From: Octopus bimaculoides
Taxonomy: Eukaryota
Reading direction: 5' to 3'
DNA: 64,000 nucleotides
Assembly (NCBI RefSeq): GCF_001194135.2
Contig: NC_068988.1
Span: 93,203,705-93,267,704, forward strand
Below the pieces are notes generated by a model. The model ran no database searches and had not been told where the DNA came from. It worked only from the letters and a program-made list of their open reading frames with translations. Shown here one piece after another: positions 24,792-39,424 of this stretch (within the stretch, counting starts at the first letter, position 1; each line of letters begins with the position of its first letter). Both the position numbers and the translations under genes were made by a program.

Positions 24792-25859
24792 CTGCTTATT
24801 GACACACAAAGAGTCACTTAGCAACTAAGCTATACAGATATAAAAGCACACACACCCATATCAACAAACAAATAAACAGACAACTAACATACACCCACAC
24901 ATCCATATCTGAATGCCTGCTTATTCCTCTATTTCATAGAAATGTATCTTGCGATATGAACACCCCTCCCACTAGTCACTAAACTTTTGTTCACCCTTAG
25001 TAGGCAACAGCACCCATTTGCAATATTTAACTAATTTTGTGCTCACACCATGGGCGTAGCTAGGATTCCAACCAGAGAGTTTTTTTTTTTTGTTATTAAA
25101 ATGGATCCATAATTAGCTAATTAATTTGCAAAATGCTGAAATTAAAATAACTGTGAGATAGTTATCATTTTTGCCCTGCGCTGTAAAGTAGGTGATGTCT
25201 GAACTCGTTAAACCCCAGTCTGGCTAGCTTAAATAAATCTAATCCATCATTGTTGCTGGTGACCAAAGCTGACCAAGCACTCCTATGATCAAAGACCTGC
25301 CAATTATAACCATCCTGACTTTTTATTTTTTTACCTCTATACCTTATGAATCACATTTTATTGACATATTTTTACAGGAAGACGGCACATAACCATGACT
25401 GGTGGCACGTAACTGTGCTGGTGGCACGTAAGAAGCACCCACTACATTCTCAGAGTGATTGGTGTTAGGGAGGGCATCCAGCTGTAGAAACATTGCCAGA
25501 TCAGACTGGAGCCTGGTGCAGACCCCTGGCTTCCCAGACCCCAGTCGGACCGTCCAACCCATGCCAGCATGGAAAGCAGATGTTTAACGATGATGATGAT
25601 GATAATGATGATGATATTTTTTTTACAGGATTAAAAGAAAGAATAAAACATTAAAAGTATAAACCGTTTATACCTTCTCTCTTTGACTTGCTTTAGTCAT
25701 TAGACTGTGACCATGCTGGAGCACCGCTTTCAAGATTTTTAGTTGAATGGATTGACCCCAGTACTTATTCTTCTTAAACCTCATACTTATTCTATCAGTC
25801 TCTTTTGCTAAACTAAGTTACGATGTAAACATACTAACACTGGTTGTCAAGTGGTGTCA

Positions 25860-25904
<45 letters not shown>

Positions 25905-26135
25905 TGATGTGCTTCTTACAGATTCTGTCTCTTTTGTCAAGTGGTGAGGGGACAAACACAAATACTCACACACACACTCTCACATATCTGTTTATTCATC
26001 CGTCCAGTTATCCATAAGGTGCGAAACTGAAAAGTGCCTTTGGTTGATAACTGATAAAGAATTATGGACTTTCTGTTTACTTCCCATTTGTTTTTACATT
26101 CAGTATATGTTATGTCGTTTGTTTATACATTTTTC

Positions 26136-26139
<4 letters not shown>

Positions 26140-26202
<63 letters not shown>

Positions 26203-26510
26203 AGGCTTCACCTACCCACTCACCTACCCACTGACCTACTCGCCTACCCACTTACCTGTCTATCTACTCACCTGCCCACCTACCTGTCTATCTACTCACC
26301 TGCCCACCTACCTGTCTATCTACTCACCTACCCACCCACCTACCTGTCTATCTACTCACCTACCCACCCACCTACCTGTCTATCTGTCTGTCTGTGTATA
26401 TCTATCTATCTACCTATCTATCTATCTACCTATCTATCTATCTACCTATCTATCTATCTACCTATCTATCTATCTACCTATCTATCTATCTACCTATCTA
26501 TCTATCTTTT
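26140..26510. repeat. (TA)n followed by compound CCTA/CTCA/TCTA microsatellite
   Basis: Directly visible; accounts for the IYIY and LSIY/PTYL ORFs. Confidence 0.95.
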
Positions 26511-26909
26511 CTTTTTTATTTCTTATTGGTTTAGTCTGGTTGAAGGACCTTTGTCTGTGAGTGTTGTGATGATGGTGGTTGTAGTGGGGGGGGGGTGATT
26601 ATGAATTCTGTCCTCTAGTACTAAGTCCCCAGAGAACAATCATTTCAATCTGGTTTCTGTTCCCAGCCAGCATAGTTTCACTGCTTTCAAAAACTCGTCT
26701 AAGCTTCACCATTTATGAAAAATGTTATTGGTTACATGAAGACATGGAGGCTAACATACTTAATGAGTTAAAAAAATTTAATTAATTATAATTACACCTG
26801 AAGTGAAGAGAAAAATCCATAATAACTCTATTGATTAATTATTGTCAGATGAAAAACGAAAAGGAAGGGTGACAACTCTGGAATCCAAATTGATAAAAGA
26901 AATTAGGTA

Positions 26910-27270
26910 CAGACATGGCTGTGTGGTTAAGAAGCTTGCTTTGGCAACCATGTGGTTTTGGGTTCAATCCCACTGAGTGCTTCCTGGGGCAACTGTCTTT
27001 TACTATAGCCCAGGGTTGTCTAATGCCTTATGAGTGATTTTGGTTGATGGAAACTGTGAAAGCTCGTTGTTTATATATGTGCATGTGTGTTTGTCTTGAT
27101 CCCCTACCAGTGGTTGACAACTGGTATCAGTTTGTTGATGTCCCTTTAAGTTAGTGTTTCAATAAAAGAGATCAATTAAATAAGTACTGGAGTTGATTAT
27201 TTGACTAAATTGTTCAAGGCTGTGTCCTAGCATGGCTGCAGTCCAATGATTGAAACAAGTAAAAGATAAT
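26910..27270 (+). mobile_element. tRNA-derived SINE, family B with internal (TG)n, near full length (pieces at 13430-13830, 14510-14690, 33365-33760, 36010-36560, 41670-42050, 44860-45100, 49780-49930, 50860-51010)
   Basis: Head TGGCTGTGTGGT..AAG/GGTTCAATCCC, CORE-like TTGGGCAAGTGTCTTCTACTATAGCC, microsatellite, then the 3' part CTTGACAACC...CCAGCATGGCCGCAGTC..TGACTGAAACAAGTAAAAG. Confidence 0.75.
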
Positions 27271-28203
27271 ATCAGTTCATGCAGAAGAGATTGAGTCTTA
27301 TGTTTGGCTAGCACAAACAACTCGACGTGTTTCAGGCTTATTAAATTTCGTCAGTGAAGCCTGATTTAGCCAGTACTTGTCAAATGTGATATGAGGGAGA
27401 TTTGACTGCTATTTTTAGTGCTTAAATAACCAAGTGGAGGTTTCCTTCTTGGCTCATGATGTTGACAGTGAATGTTGTTGTCTCTAGTTTATGTTGTTAT
27501 ATATCAATGTTTATGTTATCAATATGATGACATTATTGTTGCAATTGATCCACTTCAACCCTAACTGAGTAGATCTATGATCAGAGACAAATTCCAACCG
27601 TGGCCATCATGTCTTTTATTTAGACATTGTAACTGAATCTAAGGAAACATTTTCATCTAGTATGTTCTTTCTTTTTCTAGGATGACTGGGAATGATTTGG
27701 GTGAGATTAAGCTATCATTTCTAGCAGATCAAGCAGCTAAATCATGATGGTGATGGAGGTGGTGGAGTGAACAGTTGTGTTGATAGCATTAAAAAAAAAA
27801 AAATTAAGAAAAATTTAAGTAAGCAAATCAAATGGAGGAACATTCCATTTGACTTACTCACAACACTTTTCAATCTGGACCAGTTCTGTTTTTTTTTTTT
27901 ATCTCTTTCATTGTTTATTTTTATGTATTTTCATTGATTTCTAGTAAAACAGGTTTAATCTTCATGTGTCATTTGTGAATAAAACCTTGCCCCTTTATAT
28001 TCATTCATACTCACAAAAGTAGACATTATTCAATACCTTTCCCTTACGCAACAAAAGTCACAAATCTTTCAATACCTAGCCACTATACTAGTTTGCTACT
28101 AATAGTATTTTATGCACTTATAAAAAAATAATGCCTTGGTATTTTTTATTCTTTTGAAAGAAAAGTTGTTTTCTTTTACTAGTTGAGATATATATATATA
28201 TCA

Positions 28204-29204
28204 TTCCAGGGTGAAAAACTAGAGGTAGTCGATAGCTTCCGCTATCTGGGCGACCAAGTTAGTAGTGGGGGTGGGTGCGCTGAAAGTGTAGCTGCTAGAA
28301 TAAGAATAGCCTGGGCAAAGTTTAGAGAGCTCTTACCCCTGCTGGCGACAAAGGGACTCTCACTCAGAGTAAAAGGCAGACTGTATGACGCATGCGTACG
28401 AACAACCATGCTACATGGCAGTGAAACATGGGCTGTAACTGCTGAGGACATACGTAAGCTCGCAAGGAATGAAGCCAGTATGCTCCGTTGGATGTGTAAT
28501 GTCNNNNNNNNNNNNNNNNNNNNNNNNNNNNNNNNNNNNNNNNNNNNNNNNNNNNNNNNNNNNNNNNNNNNNNNNNNNNNNNNNNNNNNNNNNNNNNNNN
28601 NNNNNNNNNNNNNNNNNNNNNNNNNNNNNNNNNNNNNNNNNNNNNNNNNNNNNNNNNNNNNNNNNNNNNNNNNNNNNNNNNNNNNNNNNNNNNNNNNNNN
28701 NNNNNNNNNNNNNNNNNNNNNNNNNNNNNNNNNNNNNNNNNNNNNNNNNNNNNNNNNNNNNNNNNNNNNNNNNNNNNNNNNNNNNNNNNNNNNNNNNNNN
28801 NNNNNNNNNNNNNNNNNNNNNNNNNNNNNNNNNNNNNNNNNNNNNNNNNNNNNNNNNNNNNNNNNNNNNNNNNNNNNNNNNNNNNNNNNNNNNNNNNNNN
28901 NNNNNNNNNNNNNNNNNNNNNNNNNNNNNNNNNNNNNNNNNNNNNNNNNNNNNNNNNNNNNNNNNNGGCACATAAAAGACACCATTTCGAGCGTGGCCGT
29001 TTTCGTGCGGGTGACACGTAAAAGCACCCACTACACTCTCTGAGTGGTTGGCGTTAGGAAGGGCATCCAGCTGTAGAAACTCTGCCAAATCAGACTGGAG
29101 CCTGGTGTTGCCATCCGGTTTCACCAGTCCTCAGTCAAATCGTCCAACCCATGCTAGCATGGAAAGCGGACGTTAAACGATGATGATGATGATGATGATG
29201 ATGA
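28204..29204 (+). mobile_element. 5'-truncated RTE-clade LINE (RT C-terminal region, gap, 3' UTR, (GAT)n tail)
   Basis: FRYLG...RI..AW..F...LLP...KGRLYDACVRTTMLHGSETW...ARNEASMLRWMCNV is the RTE RT/thumb signature. The 3' end is CCAACCCATGCTAGCATGGAAAGCGGACGTTAAACGATGATGAT. Confidence 0.9.
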
Positions 29205-29899
29205 TATATATATATATATAATTAATGTGATATAAAACAAGATATCACATACCACGTATCGTATTATTACTGGTTACCAGTTTTCAGGATGCCAGTCATT
29301 TTGTTACACACTAGCAAGAATGATAAGGGAGTATATGTGCAACTTGGGTGAAACAAATACTACCAAGGGTTTTTAATTCAACGACACTTGTTTATCACTT
29401 TTCTTAACCTTGGGCAAGTGTCTTCTACTATAGACTCAGGTTGACCAAAGCCTTGTGAGTGAATTTGGTAAGTGGAAACTGAAAGAAACCCATCATGTGT
29501 GTCTGTATGTTTGCATCACCTTGTCTTCAAAATTTTCCCTTGGTTTTCAAAAATCACCCCCCAAATCACAAAATAAGTGGGGAAAATCTGCCCTGTTTTT
29601 CAAATCTTGGCAGCAACACTAGCTGGAAGCAGGATAATAATCTAATTCTACACTTTATTACATTCAAGAATATAAACATGTTTTTAAGCATGATACACGC
29701 GGAGTCAAAAAGAAACACTACCTTTCACCAGCACACCAGGGTCGGCACTGCGTGAACCACAGTGCTCTTTCTCCCTAGTGTGCAGCTTCCTATCTTGGAC
29801 ATGTGAGCATGCGCACAACAGCCAAACACTGCATCGCTGGAATTGTGAAGTGCACAGTTCTGTACAAGGATTTTTGTGTTTTGCTCTTAAACTAGGAGA

Positions 29900-30200
29900 T
29901 GGCTACTGACATTAAGCTTAAGGATTATATAATGTACAAGTCTAAAGAATGAATTAAAGAAAAAAGGACTCATGATATTGAATGTTATCGATAATATTGA
30001 GTGGAAAATAGTGGGTGCTGCAGTTCCGCAGTGCTTATACACGAGTTGCCACTGTGCAGGAGATTCTGGAAGCTGTGATTGAAGCCAATGGTGATTTTAT
30101 TGAATAAATTTACTATTTAGTATCTCAAGATATTGTTATGTAATTTTGGTAAATATATCTGTTAATATGAGATGTTAGTGTTATTTTCATCTTTGCATAA
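29900..30200 (+). pseudogene. Tc1/mariner (maT/DD37D-like) transposase C-terminal relic
   Basis: Ends ..QEILEAVIEANGDFIE*, the typical LEAVIEA.G..IE terminus. Upstream frames are broken. Confidence 0.55.
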
Positions 30201-33200
30201 TTTAGGTGACAGTTTATTCACCTGTATCGACCAGACTATTGCATGTTGATATGTCACTGGCTACAGTGTACTTCCACTTTCTTCTTAACTGTGCACTTGG
30301 CTCAAATCGTTTGATTAAACCACCTGTTGTCTATGAACCTTGCAACCCGTCTGGCCCAGTACCGCCTGACTGGCCTTCGTGCCGGTGGCACATAAAAGCA
30401 CCTACTACACTCTCGGAGTGGTTGGCGTTAGGAAGGGTATCCAGATGTAGAAACTCTACCAGATCAGATTGGAGCCTAGTGCAGCCTCCTGGCTTCCCAG
30501 ATCCCAGTCAAATCGTCCAACCCATACTAGCATGGAAAGTGGACGTTAAACGATGATGATGATGATGATTAAATCTTCATACATGTAATTTTCCTTCCTC
30601 TTTATTATTAATGAAGGGGCTCGCCTGTCACACATTTATCCTCCTCCTCCTCCTCCTTAATTTCATGGTGGGAGAATGAGCAAGGCCAGATGATGTTGTC
30701 CCTACAATGTCTGACTCCCCAGCTTTACTCACCAGGGTTAGGTCTCTCTGAGGCTATGATAAAAGACACTTAATCGAGGTGACATGCAGTGGAATTGAAA
30801 CCTGTACTTGTAGTTGTAAAGTAAACTTTTTAACTGCTTGGTCATGCCTACATTCATCCTAAACACCGCCACCCCTTCCCCACCCAAATGCCATCAAGGT
30901 AATTTGTAAAAACTCATTCATTGACACACTGCAATCTTTCAGTTACAGACGTGATGTCTCCTCATTCAATTTAATCTATCACAATAGCAATGGCCTCTGA
31001 TCTCCCAAAATACTTGGTTGTAAACTATCTCCTCCCACACAGATCCACTTAATATACCCCACCCCCACCTATCTTTTCCTTTTATCATCTGGTCAGTATT
31101 ATAGTCGTATCCCTCTCACTAATCTCAACCTTAACCCTTTCTCTCCAGAATACCAATCCTTTGGAATTCCTTTTCCATCCTCATTTTCCATGCAAACATT
31201 TACAGTCAGATGTGTCTGTCAAATTGAATATCAAACTTACCAGATCTTTCTCTGTCTTACATGGCCTGTGAAGTTTGTGGACCTTGACCCTTTGTTCTAA
31301 CTAAACTACATAATAAAATTCCAATGCAACAACCAAGTTCAACACAAGACACCTGAAGAAGGCTGGAGCGTACAACAGGTGAAGCATAGTGAAAACAGCA
31401 ATCAAGATGTGACCGCTATAAACCTTTTACATAGAATGAATTCCTCGTCTCACAAATGTAGAATTGTACATAACAGAAATACAAAAAAAAAACATGTGAA
31501 ATAAATGTTTGTCTTTGGCATTTGTCTGAAGAAACAATGGAGACTTGCACCACTGGTCAGTGTCTGAAGTGACCACTCCAAGCCTTAGATGAGAGTATGA
31601 AGATCCTGGGTTGCCCAGCTACCACAATCCCCTTATTGGCTTCACTGGTGTGGCTTAAATGTTTCAAGGGCAATATGTTGTTTGGTACCAGTTTGGCTGC
31701 AGTGTCTGCCAGAAGAGTGTTGAGTTAAATGTGAGGCTACTGTAGAGATTCCACTCCAATTTGTTCTTATTAGGTTCACTGTTTACTCCTTGTCTACCAA
31801 GAAAGAGGAGTTGTTTACTTGTAACAGGTTTCTTTAACTTATATAGGACAGGGTCCCACATAAGGTGGAGTCAGATGGAGTTTAATGAACTCAGGATTCA
31901 TGTCCTGTTAAAAGTCACAATCAAATGGAATTGTAGTTGTGGCTGATGCCAGTGCCGCCTGACTGGCTCCCGTATTGGTGGCACATAATACGCACCATGC
32001 ATGCATGGGTCGTTGCCAGAGCTGGCTTACTGGGTCCTGTGCCGGTGGCACGTAAAACAACCATCTGAATGTGGCTGATGCCAGTGGTGCCTGACTGGCT
32101 CCTGTGCTGGTGGCATGTAAAAAGCACCCACTACACTCTTGGAGTGGTTGGTGTTAAGAAGGGCATCAAGCTGTAGAAACCATGTCAGATAGGACTGGAG
32201 TCTGATGCGGCCTTCTGGGTTGCCAGTCCCCAGTCAAACCATCCAACCCATGCCAGCATGGAAGATAGACATTAAACAATAATGATGATGATTAATGAAG
32301 TTCTTGGGAGTGATATGAGTGACAGTGGCCCTGTGACCAAACTCCAAGACATGCCCAGTGAAAAAGAAGAAATGAAAAAAAAGAAATAACTGAAGTACAA
32401 CACTTTGGAAATCTATTTCTAAATGCTACACTAAACCATGGAAATATTTATTATTTTAATTATATCCACTCTTATTGGTACAATCTATAAACATTTATCA
32501 AACCGTTTTTGTGTATCATGCACTGAATATTTTGAACTAGTTTCTGTCACTAGACTGGCATCATCATCATCTTCACCATCATCATAATCATCGTTTAACG
32601 TCTGTTTTCCATGCTGACATGGGTTGGACGTTTTGAGTGGAGACTGGCAAGCCAGGAGGTTGCACCAGGCTCCAATCTGATCTGGCATCAACCACGTTCG
32701 GATGGTGCTTTTTACGTGCTTTTTGACCCCAGTAATTTGTTTTCAAGCCTGCTACTTATTCTATCAGTCACTTTTGCCAATCTGCTAAGTTAGAGACTTA
32801 AATACACCAATGCCTGTTGTTAAGCGGTGATTGGGGACGGACACAATGACACATGTCGATAAATAATTAATAATTAATTCTGAAGGAGAGAGAGAGAGAG
32901 AGAAAGAAAGAAACAACTCAAGTATTTTATTGTTACTTCATTTATGGCCGATGAGGGATGAAAGGCAAAGTTGACCTTAGTGGGATTTGAACTCAGAACA
33001 CAAAGAGAAACTGCAGCAGCAGACTGCAAATCAAGATGCTGAGTTGTCTTGGATTGTCTGAATGCATATGGAGAGAGAGAGAGAGAGAGAGCATGTGTGT
33101 GTGTGTGTTTGTGTGTGCACACATGCACACCTGTCTGTCATTGCACGTGTGTATTTATGTAAACTGAGAAGTGGCAGCCAAAAGGCTTTAAAACAATGCA

Positions 33201-36200
33201 TTGTCAGTTGTAACAGGAAATCCTGTTACCAGAGAAAGGGAGTGGAAGAGAGAGAGAGAGAGAAGGAGCTGTAATATTCGGTGGGTGTCTTATTCCGCAG
33301 ATGGACAAAAAGCAAAGTTAATCTCACCAGGAAGTGAACTTGCATCTTTGTGTCTGTGTTTATCTCTCCCCACCACCGCTTGACAACCAGTGTTGGTGTG
33401 TTTCTGTCCCCAGTAACTTAGCGGTTTGGCAAAAGATACCAAGAAAATACATACCAGGCTTAAAAAGAATAAGTCCCGGGATTGATTCGTTCAACTATAA
33501 TTCTTGAAGGTGGTGCCTCAGCATGGCCACAGTCTACTGACTGAAACAAGTAAAAAGATATATGTATACACACACACACATATAAACAAACATTCATACA
33601 CATAGGCGCAGACATGGCTGTGTGGTAAGAAGCTTGCTTCCTAACCACATGGTTCCGGGTTCAGTCCTACTGTGGCACCTTGGGTAAGAGTCTTCTACTA
33701 GAGCCTTGGGCCGACCAAAGCCTTCTGAGTGTATTTGGTAGATGGAAACTAAAAGAAGCATGTGGGGAGAGAAACTGTAGCAGCAGACTGCAAATCAAGA
33801 TGCTGAATTGTCTGCAAGCTGCAGAAATCATCATCATTGTTTAACGTCTGCTTTCCATGCTAGCATGGGTTGGACGATTTGACTGAGGACTGGTGAACCA
33901 GATGGCTAATTGCAACAGAATGGATATATGCCAGCCAAATGGACAATATGTATATATATATATATATATTCTTTTATTTGTTTCAGTCATTTGATTGTAG
34001 CCATGCTGGAGCACCGCCTTTAGTTGAACAAATGAACTCCAGGACTTATTCTTTGCAAGCTTAGTACTTATTCTATCGGTCTCTTTTGCTGAATCGCTAG
34101 TTTACAGGGACATAGACACACCACCATCAGTTGTCATGTGGTATATATGTTTGTGTGTCTGTATTTGTACCCCCAACCACCACCACCACCACTTGACAAC
34201 CAATGTTGGTGTATTCACATTGTCGTAACTTAGCGGCTCGGCACAAAGGAACTGACAGAATGAGTAGTAGGCTTACAAAGAATAAGTCCTGAGGTCGATT
34301 TGTTCTACTAAAGGCGGTGCTCCAGCATGGCCTCAGTAAAATGATTGAAACAAATAGAAGAGTAAAAAAAAAAACATGTATGTATGTATAAACCCAAATG
34401 TCATAACATTTGAAAGCAAGTATTTTTGAAATCTAACAAGCATTCTAACAGGTCAGCTTTTACTGCAACCATGGCCCCCACCCAACCACCCTGTATTCAC
34501 CCGTATTGTAGTATCTGTCATAGTTTTAGTGTGCAGGGTGCATCACTGCTGAAAAGAGGGCGACTTAATTGTTAGAAATGGTTGAATATCTCCCAATTTC
34601 CTTCGCTTTCTGCAAGCTCTGACATCCTTTTGCATATTGTTGCATTTTTATTTAAAACATTTTTTTTTTTGATATTGTTATTTTGTATATTTCTTTTTTG
34701 CCTCCACCCTTGCTAAAAAAAAACAAAAAACATATGCGGAAGCTGACAACAAAATCAGCAAAAATACAAATGCAGCAGCAACAACAACAATGACGACAGT
34801 TACATTAATAACAATAAGTCGTTTTAGTGTATGAATATTAATCCGTTAATTTTATCTTAATATCTTCAATGATTTCAGGCCAATTCAAACAATAGTTAAT
34901 CTAATTTTATTTCCACTTATTTTGATCTGCTAAATACCTCTTAAATATCTCTCACTATGCAAAGAGATTGGTCGTCACTGTATCATGCCACATTCTTAAT
35001 TGTCACCAAATCAGGCCACATTTGTTTCTAATCAGATGAAATTAGTACATTAATAATGCCCCTTGTCTCCATCGGTGACAAAAGACTGGTATTTCGTATT
35101 TAGCCAGGATTTATTGAGTTCAATTTGTAACAAACTTTTAAGACTTTAAGCAGATTTTTTTCTTGTAATAGCCTTGGTAATATTATGAATGGAATGCATG
35201 TAGTTAGGCACCACCCATTGCTATCAGCTTAAGCATCTAATATTTTATTATCAACACCCCCCCCCCCNNNNNNNNNNNNNNNNNNNNNNNNNNNNNCCAC
35301 ACACACACGTATTTATACATATTTTCTGCTTCCCAGTAGCTTAAACACTAAGCTTTATACCAATCTCTTTGCAAAATAATATTCTTTAAAATAATGCATA
35401 TATTTTTCCTATTTATTTTTAATTTTTCTAGTTAATAGTATTTGAGAAAATCATTAGTTTTTACTAAAACTGTAATGCTTTTTAAAAATCTAAAGCTATT
35501 TCATGGAAAAATAATATATAATTTTTAACATTATTTATTGGGAATTTGGCAGGAAGTTGACAGAATTGTTAGCATACCAGAATCATTATCATCATCTTTG
35601 CCGTTTAATGTCTGCTTTCCATGCTAGCATGGGTTGGACGGTTTGACTGAGGGCTGGCAAGCCAGAAGGCTGCACCAGGCCCCAATCCATATGATTGGGA
35701 AGCAAGCTTCTTATCACGTCTATGTAAACCATGCATTCGAAGATAGAAACATATGTAACGGGTGTCTATGGAATATGTTGTTTAGAAGTCTGTACTCTGA
35801 ATATAACAAATAAAAAAAATTATAAATTGTTTTATGATATCCATAAAACTTCATCCATTGTCTGTTTTATGGTACTCATAAAATGGTACCTCCTATTGTC
35901 AGTTTTTCAATATATTCTTCACAAGGGGTATATCAATGCAGCTGAACAACACAGAGAAAATGTGAGAATCTGTGCATTGTGCAGCATTAAAATTCATTGC
36001 ATGGGTTTCAGACGTGGCTGTTTGGTAAGAAGTTTGCTTCCTAACCACAAAGTTCTATGTTCAGTTCCACTGTGTGACACCTTGAGCAAGTGTCTTCTAC
36101 TATAGTCTCCAGCTGACCAAAGCCTTGTGAGTGGATTTGGTATACGGAAACTGTAAGAAGCTTGCCTGTGTTTATATCCTCATAACTTAGTGGTTTGGCA

Positions 36201-36233
36201 AAAGAGACTGATAGAATAAGTGCAAGGCTTTAA

Positions 36234-36455
36234 CCCTTTTGGCCTGGCTTGTACATATTTGTACCAGTCAAAAATTTCACAACCCAAATCTTTAAAATTT
36301 CCATTCTATGTGATGCAGTATAACACTGCTCTGGTTTTTTTGGTAAGTCTGTAGTGCCAGACGTATGATCGGAATGTCTGACACTATAATGACAGCTCAA
36401 AAGGCTCACATGCATACAACCGCGATTCTTGAGAAGAAATTCTGGGTTGAAAGGG
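36234..36455. mobile_element. piggyBac-like MITE (222 bp) with TTAA target-site duplication
   Basis: TTAA-CCCTTT...AAAGGG-TTAA. It cleanly interrupts a SINE that resumes after 36459. Confidence 0.75.
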
Positions 36456-37415
36456 TTAATGAAAGAATAAGTTCCAGGGTCGATTTGCTCATCTAAAATT
36501 CTTCAAGGGGGTGCTCCAGCATGGCCACAGTTTAATGACTGAAACAAGTAAAATATAAAGATAATGCTAATGCAAGAAATTAATATTATTTATAATTAAT
36601 ATTAGGTGGTGGTGGGAATCATCATCATCATCATCATCATTATTGTTTAACATCCGATTTCCATGCTGGCATGGGTTGGAGGGTTGACTGAGGTCTGGAG
36701 AGCCAGCAGCTGCACCAGGCTCCAATCTGATACGGTAATGTTTCTATAGCTGGATGCCCTTCCTAACACCAACCACTCCAAGAGTGTAGTGGGTGCTTTT
36801 TATGTGCCACCGGCACAGGAGCTAGTCAGGCGGTACTGGCATCGACCACGTTTGGATAGTGCTTTTTACGTGCCACCGGCATGGGGGCAAGTCAGTGGGT
36901 ACTGGCATCGGCCATGTTGAGATGGCGTTTTTTACGTGCCACCACCACATATTCTCCTTGTTTTTTGTTCAAATTGATCAGATCCAGTCTCTCACACCTA
37001 CCCTATAATGTCATTTTAAAGATAAACCATCATATCATCAAAATCTCAGAGTAATGAGGTAATGCATGATTAATTCAAAACAACGTGAATAAATAAACAT
37101 TATATTTGACAGATTAATCTGAATACCAAAGGGTTAATGACTATGATTTATATGCTTTTCCAATTTATCATTTTTTTAAACTGGAACAGTAAAATCGGTT
37201 GAGCAGCAGACAAAATATCTAGTGGTATTTAGTTATGTTCCCTTATATTCTGAATTCAAATCACACTTAGTACCTATCAAGTATAAAGGTCGATACTATT
37301 GATTAACAATTCCCCTCAAAATTGCTGGCCTTGTGCTAAAATTAGAATCATCTTCGTGATTATTGTTATTATTATTATTATTATAGGTGACAAAATGCTT
37401 CATGGCATTTCATCG

Positions 37416-37527
37416 TGAAGGCTGGAGGGTATATCAGCCGAAACGTTAACAACAAACAAGATGAGGACAAAATATCCATCAGGTGTAAATAATGTAAATA
37501 ATTCCTCATCTCTTAAATATAGAACTA
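37416..37527 (+). mobile_element. 5'-truncated tail of the hammerhead element (no CTGATGA core)
   Basis: TGAAGGCTGGAGGGTATATCAGCCGAAACGTTAACAACAAACAAGATGAGG...CCTCATCTCTTAAATATAGAAC. Confidence 0.7.
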
Positions 37528-37796
37528 TATTGAAGTATTGTCCGTGATTGTAGAGTGTGATAGCAGGATATATTCCTTCTCCATCACTCAGTTGTAGAGA
37601 TTGTTTCAGATGATAAATATTTGCAGACGTAATCAAGATATTTTAAGCATTGTTATATGGAAATGATTTTCAATTTTGTCTGCTTCCAGTTTTCTACTCT
37701 ACATTTAGACATTTAAAAAAAAAATGAAGTTTTAATCTATTGTATGCAAATTGTATTAGTATTAAGCACACCACACCTCTATTTAATACCCACCCA

Positions 37797-37834
<38 letters not shown>

Positions 37835-39424
37835 GTATACATACACACCCATATTAAGAATGTCACAATAACCTTTCACTTTCAGTTCAGCTTTAGATCA
37901 ACTAAAAGTCAATTTATGTGTCTTGTTGAAAAAAAATTAGATGAAAAGCAGCGTTGAGCCTGTTCTCTGCATAAAATGTGCTTTATAAAATAGCAACGTA
38001 ACAAACATGTCCCTAGAAATGCATGAATGCATAAATGCATGTATGTATAGTAACAAAAGTGGAAAATGAAAAAAGAAAAGAAATAACATATAAAATGTAA
38101 TGTTAAAGTGAAATTAGGGCTGAACAGACAAGGTCTCCAGTTTTACAAAAAACATTTTGCAACTGCTTTACCCCAGCTTTGCAAATCTAATGTTAACCGA
38201 ATGGTATTAATTCACTTGTAGGCTGTTTCTATTTCACACATTTTACAGCATCTTATTTATATGTATACTGTACAGCTATTTAAATATAGGTTTAGTTTAT
38301 GAGTCAATATTCCAGTTTGTTGTATGAAAGTGTTCAATATGTAACAGATGGCCAAGCAGTTATGGTGGCAGGTAACCAAATAAGTCAGCTGTTCATATCT
38401 TATTACTGCGCTGTTTAGTGACGGTGCAGGGCTTAGTGGTTAGGATATTTGGCCCGTGATCGTAAGGTCATGAGTTCGATTCCTGGCAGTGCATTGTGTC
38501 CTTGTGACAAGACACTTTATTTCACATTGCTCCAGTCCACTCAGCTGGCTAAAATGTGTTGTACCTGTAATACAAAGGGCCAACCTTGTCACACTCTGTG
38601 TCATTCTGAATCTCCCTGAAAACTATGCTAAGGGTACAGGTGTCAGTGGAGTACTCAGCCACTTGTACAATGATTTCCTGAGTTGGGTGTTCTGTTGATG
38701 TGATCGTCTGGAACACTTGTCATAACCAATGAGATGCCAGTTGGTACTGCTCTACTGTATCTATCGTTGGGGTAATAAAGAAAAAGAAGAGTTACAAAGA
38801 CTGAAGCATATTTGGAGTTGACACCATATTTACCAAAGATTAAGAAGAGATCTCTGCTCTGACCCTTTTCTCTCAATCTTTACTCCTCTCTACTCAGAGT
38901 TCATAGTCGTACGAATTACAGCTGTGCCAACTTTGTCCTTCTGTCATGGATTCCCCTCAACTAACAGTGTCTTATAATAGCACTTCCATGACTCTTTCCA
39001 TATCAACAAGGGTAAATATGCTGCTATCATTCAGCATATACTTCTCATTATCAATCTATTGATTCACTCTGGCACTTTGCCTTGCAATCTGTGACACCTT
39101 ATGTGGTCAAACATTCACAACTCTTATATTTATATTTACTGTCTCTTGTTGAGTACAACTGATGTTGAGTTTTTTCTTTTTCTAATTACTTGATATTTGT
39201 TCTCAACTGTCCCTTTCTTTCAATTTTTTCCTGGGCATCTATATTATCCCCTTATCTTAACTGTTCCAGCATCTTCTAGGCCTGAATCTTAGCTTTTACA
39301 GTTCTGTCTGCTGTTTCACAACCATATCCCTCTTCCTTCTGGTAGAATCCTTGCCCCAACCACAGATCTGGTTCTCAGCAAGTTGTCTCATGGCAACTTC
39401 CAGTGGTCCATTATATTATAAGTC

